A stretch of DNA of 59,140 bases, filler included, from Sphacelaria rigidula (taxonomy: Eukaryota), in assembly GCA_964200075.2 (NCBI GenBank). It is 3 parts of 3 records of this genome, joined end to end, with 100 filler letters (N's around TTAATTAATTAA, not from the genome) between each part and the next. Parts side by side here need not be neighbours in the genome. Positions count along the whole stretch, not along the records: positions 39,497 to 59,140 come from CAXNAA020000636.1; 2 more parts are not named here. One strand, 5' to 3'. The position numbers and the translations under genes were made by a program. This document shows positions 49,236 to 59,140 of the stretch, piece after piece. Positions within the stretch are counted from its first letter, which is position 1. Each line of letters opens with the position of its first letter. The notes below the pieces were generated by a model, which saw only the letters and a list, made by a program, of their open reading frames with translations, had not been told where the DNA came from and ran no database searches.

Positions 49236-52200
49236 GGACCCCGTACGGCCAGCGATACTAGACAGCTCGGGGTGATGCCAGGAAGGGCCCGATATCAGGG
49301 CGGCCCAGTATCCCCCGAGGAAAAGGGTGCACCTCACGGTGCATCACTTCTATTGCTAGAGTGATCTCCTCCTTGCCTATATTTTACAAGAGGAAATCAT
49401 TGCCAGCCTCGGAGTTCCTTCGGCACCAGGACGACATCTCCAACGACAGTCTTAAACGTAGGCCGCTGTCCACCCTCGCGATGCGCCTTCCTCATATTTG
49501 GCGACACCAGAAAGGAACTCAGGCAAGACATACCGTTGATTAAAACTCGACTTTACCCCATGACGAGGAAGAAACCATATCACAAAAAGAACCTGACCAA
49601 CGAAGCGGAAATCTCGCGGGAACCAACTCGGTCAGTACTGCAATAACTCAGTCGCAGGACAACGCACCAGCCATCGATCATCCACCCAAGTCTGTCGCCC
49701 CATCCACTTCGGCCTCGTCGGTAAAGACTTCAAAGTCAAGCGACACAGCTCAGTCAGCTACAACCGCGTCGGCTAAAGCTTCGGCGTCAACCCAGCCACC
49801 AAGACGCCGCGAGGAAGAAGATGACAGCGACGATTCTGACAATTCCGAACAGAGTGTGGATATCCGCCGATTTATATAACATATACATATATATATATAT
49901 ACATGTATTATGCCGCTCTGGTTACGGGGCCAGAGACAGGATTCCTCCATCTGCAGTCTTCGATGTGTGTCCTGCCATGCCCCCAGAATGGAGCATAACC
50001 CGGGGAAAGTACTGTACCTGCACCAATGCTGGTTTTCTCTTTGTACTGTACCGTAGTTGGTGCTGCAGTCGGCTGTTGTGCTGTTGTTTTGGGTTACTCG
50101 TGTGGACCGGCGCAGTACAGACACTACAACACGCAGACAGTCGCCACTGGCTGGCCAGGGCTGGCGTACCTTGCGGTAGAGATTGTACAGTCAATACCGC
50201 GGCAGAGTTGTTGGGGTACAACAGCGAGGGCAAACAAGCACTCTGCAAGCAGTACCGGACAACAACAACAAAACTTTCTCTTGTGTGTGCGACTTCGTGT
50301 GTTACGGCGTCGCCTTCTTACGCTTCCTTTCTTGCGACTTCGTGTGTTACGGCGTGTACGTGTACAGCACGTCGGCGTTTACTTCTTGGCGCCTGTGTGA
50401 AAATGCGACTTCTGCTGGGCGCGCATGCTTCCTTGTCCGGCTCTACTACTGTACTGAGCATTAGCAAACTAGAGAAGGGAAATGGAGCCCAGACAACAAT
50501 GATGATCAAATTGCGAATCTTCTTGGGCTCTCTGCGGCAGATAAAGCCTGAGTACTACTGTAGCCCGCCAACAGCCCCAAAATTGAATCCGCACAATTGA
50601 TGATATTCATGGAAAACAACGAAAACATGACTGGACTTCGGAGCCAGTTCAGTTATTTCAGGGCTTAGACTAGGAAAGGTACACATTCACCTTTTTCCGT
50701 CTGTAAAATGTACTCTCTCGAACCAGGTGTGCAGAATTGGCAAAACGCGCCAAACGCACCGTTTTTCGATCGCTATATGTTTGAGGCACATCAACTGGGG
50801 ATACGTACTGCGCCTGCACCTTGAAATAAGACGTAGCTTCGCCTTGTACGGTCCATGCGCAAATGGAGCCTCTCCTGAAATCTACCCTGTACCCTCGCTA
50901 GACGGAATTCCGGAGGAACAGCGGATCTCGCGTTTCTAAATACCATTTCCAGACGACCCTCTCGACCCCTTCTTATGGGGTATGGACTACCCGAGGACCT
51001 CGTGTGTCTCACGTAGTCGGCGCGCGTCGCTACCCTAACCCTTGGGAACAGCAACAATGGTAGTCCGAGAGTCGACTACTTTCAACAACGTTTTCGCGAA
51101 ATTGAGAGTTGAAGGTACGATTGAGAGTGAAAAGCGGTCAATTAGTGAATAGGCCGTTTCAGTTCTGAAATGCATCTCCACCAGGCCCAATATTCTCTCT
51201 GTTGTAGATTGCCACTCAGGCCCTCGATACCCCTGAGTAGGATATCAACGTTAAGCTGTAAGCAAATGGCAGTGATGAGACGACGAAAAGCACACACGGT
51301 ATGAAAAATTGGCCAAGTGAAAGCGAGTGATCAAATCCACTCTCAATCCGCACCCAACTCTCAATCTCACGAAAACCTTGTTTTACCTATTTCTTTGCCT
51401 TTCACCAAAACACAACGACCGGAACCGGCGTGTTCAGTCCGAAATAAATTCCAAGGCATTGCCCACAAACAAACCCCCGCACCCCGACACTCCGACGTCT
51501 GCTTTGCCGCACCCCCAACACTCCGAACTCAGATTTACCGCACACTAGAATTCGAGTGGCAATTCCGAATGTGGGCACACAAGCCAATCCTCGTTTCTGG
51601 CGGACATGTTATGTCCCCGACTTTGATTCTCGGGCCATTGACCTGTTCGTCGTGTTGCGAGAACAGACCCACCCGCACACCACACACTATTGCGCATCCC
51701 TCTCTGGAGAAAGAGAGCGCACGCAGCTTCTTCGTTCGATCAGGGGTGTACTTCCGGTGTTTGACTATCTCGTTGGGCCCATGCTTTTTGCAATTGGGGC
51801 ACGCTCTCTCCCACGCCTGCTGCGATATACCCGAACGACACGCTATCTCTTTATAGTTCCGCAGGCTTGATAATTTCATGCAGCGTTCGTCGCATCACCG
51901 TTCGGTCAGGGTACATTTCCGCTGCCGCACGATATCACTGCGCCCATGAATCGCGAGTAGTGGTTCGCGGTTACACGGAGATGGTTTATGCTGTTGATGT
52001 TGCATGTAGCCGTTGATGTATAAGTGAACTGTGCTGTCTGTTGTGCTGTGTCTGACAGCTTGAGGTACAAACACAACTTCCCTAATAGACAGGTCGGATC
52101 GTACAGCAGTACAGACATGAGTATGGTGCGAGATCAAAACATGCTCGAGGTAGGGCGGCACGGCGACGACATTAACACCACAAACGCATAGGCAGCGAGC

Positions 52201-55200
52201 GTATGTCGATTGGGGATATCGCAGCAGGATTGTAGAGGTGGGAGTGAGCGTGCACCACTTGCAATGCGCGGGTGTAAAGATACGGCGCAACAGCCGAAAC
52301 GTACTCTGACCGAACGATTATGCAACGCACGCTGCACGAAAGTACCAAGACTGCGGATGCATACATAAAGAGCGTGTCTTTCGGGTATACCGTAGGCAGT
52401 AATGGGGGAAAGCGTGCATCAGTTACAACGCTTGGGCGCGATAAAATGGTAAAACATCGGACGTCTACCCTGATCGAGCGAAGATACTAAGTACGCTCGC
52501 TCTTGTTGGCCGTCATGTCTTGGTGAACGGCAAAGAAAACGGGAAACACTCGATCCTCCGGGGGTGCCATGGTTGCTATTCCTTCTGGTTTGGGTAGCGG
52601 CGCGTGCCGACTGCATGAGGTACATGAGGTCCTCGGATATTTTAGTCCACACCCAACTAGAAAACGTCAAAAGGTCGGGAGGGTCGTCTAGAAAAGGTCT
52701 TCGAAGAAATCATGACCTATCAGATCAGGATTTTCGTTTTCCACAGCACAATTTCGATCGAAAGCTCATGTGCTACGACATGCCCTCGTAAAAAGATAGA
52801 CTTGAAAACATGCGGTCGAATCGAATTGGTCGTAATTAGCTCGTATCTCATATATCCACGACGTTTATGTTCTCAGATGGCTTCAAGTCAATTTTATAAT
52901 TACTTGCGCGCGAAGGGCAGGGTGAAATACAGAAAAGCTTAGCTTTTTCAGTTGAAAACAAGCGGTGGGAACGACCGAAGGGGCACATGACTCCTATATT
53001 GCAGAAAACCATGCCAGATACCACCCTTTCAAGGAACTGTGCGAAACCAACATTGTTGATTGGCAGCCACCAACTCGACCCTGCAGCATAGATCACGAAC
53101 TGAGCATAGGGATGCATACACTGCAGTGATAGGGAACCGACACCACCACCCTCTTGGCATGATGTGTTTCTTTTTTGTTGGTGAAAACCTGAACGTCTAA
53201 TTTTGTGGTGGGATCCATTGACGGAGTTGCGTGTTGGGGTGGGCGACCGAGTTACTAACACGCTCATGGACAGTAGAGGCATCGCAGAACTTCACGCGGT
53301 CAAAACCTTCCTCACATCCTCCTGTATGCAGAAAGTACAGATAGCTCTGTTATGTGCTGTCTGTATGCCACGTTGCCCGCTTCTTTTGCACATCGCGCCT
53401 GCATACTGTACGAAACACACACTGCGCAGACAGTCATTACTGTCTGTACTGTTTGTATTGTGGTCTGCATTGAACGCAAATGAATAAGTACCGCGTCACG
53501 GATTTCGCTCAGCTTTTTTCATCCCAGGCGTGCAAATTTGGTCCGACCGACACACAGCAAAACGAACCAAATCAATTCCGCCGGGCACCGAGTTCAAGGG
53601 TACGGGTCGTTATGAAATAATTAGACTCGAATCAGCTGTTTTGTTCGTTGTTTTCCATGATTCTCGGATGGATTCAACCCGGGAATGCGGTGTTGGTGGA
53701 CACACGTGCGCTACTCAAGCCCCATGTACCGCAGGGAGGTCAACAAGATTCAGTTGTTCGGGTTTTTATGTCCAGGCCTGGTCTGGGCTTCATTTCCCTC
53801 CGCCAGCTGGCTACAGCCCAGGACAGTATATCGACGACACTTTCTCAAGCACCATGTCATCATGAAGCAAGCTTACGGTACAATTTCTAGAAGGGGCGGT
53901 GCTCTAGTACACGGGGTCGCACACGCAAGAGAGATACGTGTTCACGCTAGCTGTCCGATGTTTGGTGTGTATAGTACTTGGTCGTCTTCGCCATTGCATG
54001 TCTAAAACATTTATGTCGCGGCACCGACTATATCTTGACCGCAAGATGTGCCAACCCTGGCCAGGCGGTGAGCATCGCGTGAGTACTGTCTGTACGGCAC
54101 CGATCAACACGAGCCATCCAGAACAGAGCACGACGGCCAACAATAGGGAGCCAGCAGCATTGATGCTGATATAGTCCTTTTCTCGGGGTTGTGCAGTCCG
54201 GGAGCATGAAACAACTCGCAACGACGACGATAGCACCGTCTCATCTGATGCCCGGCCGCACACAAAGCCGTGGAGGATATAGGAGGAGGAGCAAGTTGAG
54301 CGCAACTGGAGACTGCAACGCCAACCCCGGCCACCGCAACCATACCGCAGGCACGGCAACGCTCATAGCGGACGTTTGGTACACCAACCCGTACGCAGAA
54401 AGACAAAATACTCCTTGTGAGGCCGTTGTTTTCCTGCATACCATCTCTCCGCAGCACGGTCCTGTACTGCGGCTGCGGGGTGCAGAAGGCCGATGAACAC
54501 CAGTGTGACGGAGTCCATACTAAAATCAAATTTGCGTTATGAAATGCGTTATTAAATGTAGAGGGACTGGTAATAATTTTAATTAAATTACTTGAAACTA
54601 GTGTATGCGTTCTGAAATTTGGCACGTACCCATGCACCCACCGCCTTCCGCCGCAAGAGCTCGTTCGAGTCGATTATTTTTGGAAGACACGGCCAAACTT
54701 GTTTCCAGCTGCTTGTTTTCCCCCCTAGATTGCAACGACGCGTGATTTCTCGTGATCATGAAGCTGTGAACCGTCACTCAACTCACTCTCACGAAATGAC
54801 TCATTTTCCTTGTGTCGTTAAAACGCAGCCGAAAGACATGGCCTGAGGCGATGGCGCGTTCTCTTCGTAAATCACCCTGGGATGGTTTGGACTGTTCGCC
54901 GAAACGTTTTGTGGCTGTTCAACATGGAGAGGAACACGAGCAAGCGGCGCAATGGCCCTCGCTGTGGCAAACACCTGTCACATAGCCCGGGACCTGAGGC
55001 GCAAGCTAACATAACATTACGATCTCCGACAATGCATGATTCGAGCCGTAGTTAATGATCAACTGACTACGGCGTTTACTGCATGGCACATACAGCCGCC
55101 TCGCTTTCAATATCGAACGAGCTACCGTGAAATAAACAGCACTACGTATGCTGTTGTAGGTATAGACGAGCAAGAACTAGCGCTAGATGTGATGCACTGG

Positions 55201-56377
55201 TACAATAGTGGGTGTATGTGCGCGTTAATTTGGGTTCGCTGTGTGGGTGTAAAACGTATTTCAGTTCCGTGTTTCAGTCACGCCTGATCTGATTTCCAGA
55301 TCTGTTTCCGACTGCGTCCAGTGCCGAAAGAGACACCAACCTTCCCAACAAGGCCGCTTCGTGTTTCCTCGTTAGGACCCAAGCTGCTTGTCGGCAGAAA
55401 AGCTTTTTTGCTCGCTCTTTTCCGGGGGGAAAAGGTTGTTGTCTCGATAAGAGGGCGATATGAACTCGCTGTCCGTACAACTCCGCACTGGCTCTCAAAG
55501 CTGTATTGAACCGCATCCACAACAATGAATTTCATTTCATATGACGCTACAGGACAGCGACAAGCGACAACGCTGCAATGGGCACTACGCAAGCCCAGCC
55601 ATTGAGAGCAGCAGCTCCAATGAGTGTTCAACGCCTCCTCCTATTGTACAGTTTCTTAGATGCAGTCAAAAAGGTCTTATCGTTTCGTCATGGACGCCTG
55701 AACCTCAACCGCCAACCGCCCATATCATGTGTTGTAGCACATACACCCGCTGTAGGATGGTCGCTTCTGCGTCGAATGAACACCACTACTACAATATTGC
55801 GGTGTGGTGAATCGTGCAGTGCTTGCGTTGTGTATACGCCAGGTGGTTGCACGCAAAACGAGTAAGGAGACAAGAGCACAGGAAATCAGATAGATAGCCA
55901 GGAGAAGAAACACAATGGGTCAGGTGGGGCGCGAGAAAGAAGAGGTGTCGGTCTGGCACGACTACTGTTGTAGAGTATCTATCTTTATATTTGTATCTTC
56001 GCAAGTGGACGGATACTTGTCTCTACCGTGCCAAGTTGTTCTTCAACGACACTACAATTACACTTACCTTGGAGCAGCCCTCATGACTGCACATTTGATG
56101 TACCATTGATCTTCTTAGAAACGCGGGGGAAAATGCACTAGCACTGGGGGAGAGTGCTAGAGCAGCAGCACACGACGACGACTAGATTCGAGAAGCAATA
56201 AGTTGCATAGAGCCAGTTTCATGCACGTGACTCTTCAATCATAATCCAGAGACGGAGATAATAACACCTGAGCCAATGCGTGGCAAATACGGAACGGCCT
56301 AGCACATGCGTGTCGCTTGGGTAAAGTAGCGGGTAGTAGCACGAGCATCGACTGATACCGCGCACATCGGAGTTGAC

Positions 56378-59054
56378 ATGGGGAAAAATTTGGGACCGAA
56401 TGTTTTAATTACGGGCACGCCTGGCACAGGAAAGACGTGTACATCTCAGCAGATCGCGGTAAGTATCCGCCACCCCGTGTCCTCAAATGTCCGCAACGAC
56501 TGTACGGTGAATATCAACCGTAAAGCACGCGTTCTCTCGGCAGTATTCTGTCGGTGTTGGGCTGATGGAGCGATTTATGGTCGACATGTGATTAGAGAGC
56601 CTTCGGCAGACGAGTATAATCTAGCAACTGAGGGCATGGATAGCCAGTGCTTGGGTTGGATGGCACCATCATGGTATAATATTTTCGGAATAGTTTTTGA
56701 TCTTGAACATCTGCGGCGTTTCTGTGAAGGGCGGCACGATGTGCATGTCCGGTCTGAGTTGGTACTGCGGATGGCGATCTATGGTGGATGGCTGCGGATA
56801 TCAGCAAATAAACGGGCAAGGGCGTGGTATTTTGCGACCAACGAGTGGTTCATGTCGTGCTGTTCCTGGGTGGGGAGTGTCACGTACGGCAAGACAACGC
56901 TTGCTCACAAGGCTGGGTTGCGATCAGCGTCTATGGCCCACAACCTTGAAGTCAAAATGGCTCAACAACTGCGGTGCTGACCAGCGGTTTTGATTCCGCC
57001 CCCGCCCACTCTTGCCCCCTTTGAACGATGCCCGTTTGATACCTGGCGAGCAGGAACGAACAGGCCTAAATCATATCAACGTCAGCGATGTGGTGAGATG
57101 AGTTGAGCTGTAACACCTGCTGAAACTTATGACATGAACTCGTAGTACAGCGTGTACCTACACCGCACACACAAATACAGTACGTCTGGCCATAGTACGC
57201 ATTTTTTTGCTTCGCCCCATTTTCACCCCCCCCTGCTTGGGACGAGCCCGTGTTCCCAAGGGATCAACCCGTCTTTCCTCCGGCACAAGCCTCTCACATT
57301 GATTTCGGGGATTGGATGAGCAGTCCTGCACTGCGTCGACTCTCGTCAAAAAAAAGTCAGTCACACCAACTATTTTTGATACTCATGTCCTCACACCTCC
57401 AAGATCAGATCTCAGATACTCAGAGACAACAGCCCAAACATATCAAGCCGAAATCGGACCCGCGTTCCATCCACTCACGGTGTCTGTTATGCCAATAGAC
57501 CCCCGGGGTGCGGCGATAAATTGCGTATGCAACGAAATTACGCCGTGAACGTCATACAGTCATGGTGGCGCCGGAGGTTGTCGATTCTTGCGGCGTCCCG
57601 CATTATGGTATACATCAGTCACCATGCCCAGTCAAGTCTCATTCGTCACGGCCATATCTTTTTCGTAACATAACGCTGACAGTGCAAATACCTGCACCAA
57701 CCCGACCCAGGCCATAGCCAAATGACTGATCGGCTGGTTGATTGATAGTCGCAGTAATTTGTTTTCATTTCGTCAACTAGGGTACACCTGTTTGAAAGCC
57801 ACGGCTAGATTCGTAGCGAATCAGTTGATGTGCGACAGTCAATCAAATTAACCAAATTGCGCGTTTATTACCCGACCCCGTGCGAGTATATACATATCCG
57901 ACGTTCCCGGCAATGGTACGTCGAGACAAGAGCCGCACGTAATGAGACACGTGAACTACTGTAACTACTTTTTTTTTCTTGGCTTGCCGCCCATCACGGT
58001 GTTGGCCTGTCTTTTCAACAAGTCACTCTCCGCGCGCTTTGTTGTTTTGTCTTCCGACAGGTGCGATTGAAGCAATGTCACGAGGGACGCGACGAGTCAT
58101 TTGACACCTTCATTCTAGATGAAGATAAGGTGCGCGCATTCCCTCAGACACTACGGCAATGCCACAGAAATCGCGAACCTTTGTTGTGGGACAAACTGAT
58201 TGGCCAGAGAATTTTATTATTGCACTATTCGCTACGAGACTAATTTGAATGATCTCTGAAATACATGTTTGTGACTGCTGTGGAGTGGGGTTTGGTTAAA
58301 GTTTGGGATGGTGCTGTGTCGATTTTTTGGCTTTTTGTTGTGCAGCCATCTGGGTATTAGCATACTTCACGATGTTTTTGACAGATAAACCGATCAGCCG
58401 ACTGTAGTATATCTTCAGTGGTGAATCGAGAGGACACACCCAGCTATATATCTACACTACACTACGTGGCTCTGTACGAGCCCTCCCTAACCCGGATAGA
58501 TGAAGCCAAATGCTCCCCTCTGACACCGAACTTTTACCCTGCTGTCCATGCGTCCTGCGTCGTCTATGCTTGGTCCAGCTGCTGGATGCAATGGAAACGC
58601 AAATGGAGGAGGGTGGAAATGTCGTGGACTTCCATTCGTGCGATTTATTCCCAGAGCATTGGCAAGTGAACTGTAGGGTGGATTGTATTCGCTGATTTGG
58701 CGATAACTGACGCCTCCGGTCGTGAAGCCGTAGTATTGATAGTAGGAATACTGTGGTCAGGTAGCTTTTGATGGTATCAACATTTCGATACTCGAAATGG
58801 GACGGTGTTCGCACGTGGTTTAGTCACTTATTCACTAGTCGATAATGTAGCGCAGCATGCGGCGTGCCGTATCAAGATGTTGAGTATTTTGCCGCCCCCA
58901 GAGAGCTATAGCCTAGAAAACATTGTTGGCTTGTGCGGCCTTTCCCCGTTGACGGAAACACGCCCTTGTTTTGCACTTTTCCCTCGGTCAGGTTTGACTT
59001 GGTTCTCGTCCTGAGGGCAGACACAAGCACGCTCTTCGACAGGTTACAAGCGAG
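56378..59054 (+). CDS. AK6: Adenylate kinase isoenzyme 6 (AK6/hCINAP/Fap7), first five exons; continues beyond the window
   Basis: Exons 56378-56458, 57054-57092, 58061-58129, 58579-58661 and 58992-59054. They translate to MGKNLGPNVLITGTPGTGKT...ERTGLNHINVSDV VRLKQCHEGRDESFDTFILDEDK LLDAMETQMEEGGNVVDFHSCDLFPEHWFDLVLVLRADTSTLFDRLQAR. This contains the P-loop GTPGTGKT, the VDFH motif and FPExWFD, all typical of AK6. Confidence 0.95.
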
Positions 59055-59140
59055 GTATGTGCACCTCATAACAGTGGATCCTAGAAAATGGGGTTGGTAC
59101 AAAATATGGGGTTGAAGTGGCATTTATCTTTTGCAGGGAA

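Noticed and set aside
51535-51879. HTH-like peptide EIACRSGISQQAWER suggesting a Tc1 transposase
   Set aside because: A single weak motif with no downstream DDE in the same orientation. Mentioned only as a low-interest lead.
56459-56980. Continuation of the 200-aa ORF after the AK6 P-loop
   Set aside because: Read-through of intron 1. A GTAAGT donor at 56459 and the downstream exons give the conserved protein.

Overview
Eukaryotic, intron-rich, repeat-dense genomic DNA. Gene style and repeat types suggest a stramenopile, probably a brown alga (inference only). It comprises three contigs joined by two artificial 100-nt spacers (44 N + TTAATTAATTAA + 44 N). Three spliced genes can be reconstructed by hand. 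(1) A 5'-incomplete 7-exon heme peroxidase of the peroxidase-cyclooxygenase superfamily (+, 6439-11070), with bacterial-type motifs and unusual active-site substitutions. (2) An Enhancer-of-Polycomb/EPL1-like chromatin protein (-, 22465-29196), with a coding 120-bp tandem repeat in its last exon and one frame-breaking candidate exon. (3) The 5' part of adenylate kinase 6 / Fap7 (+, from 56378), which needs a GC-AG intron. The rest is mostly transposon debris: Copia, Gypsy, LINE and possible Harbinger remnants; Stowaway-, piggyBac- and hAT-like MITEs; several long fold-back palindromes; tRNA-derived fragments; and a modular repeat cluster at 41-49 kb. No CRISPR array, rRNA or intact tRNA is supported. 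I cannot demonstrate a wholly new system. The strongest leads are the atypical peroxidase, the possible poison exon and the long hairpins. All homology calls come from motif recognition by eye, not database searches.
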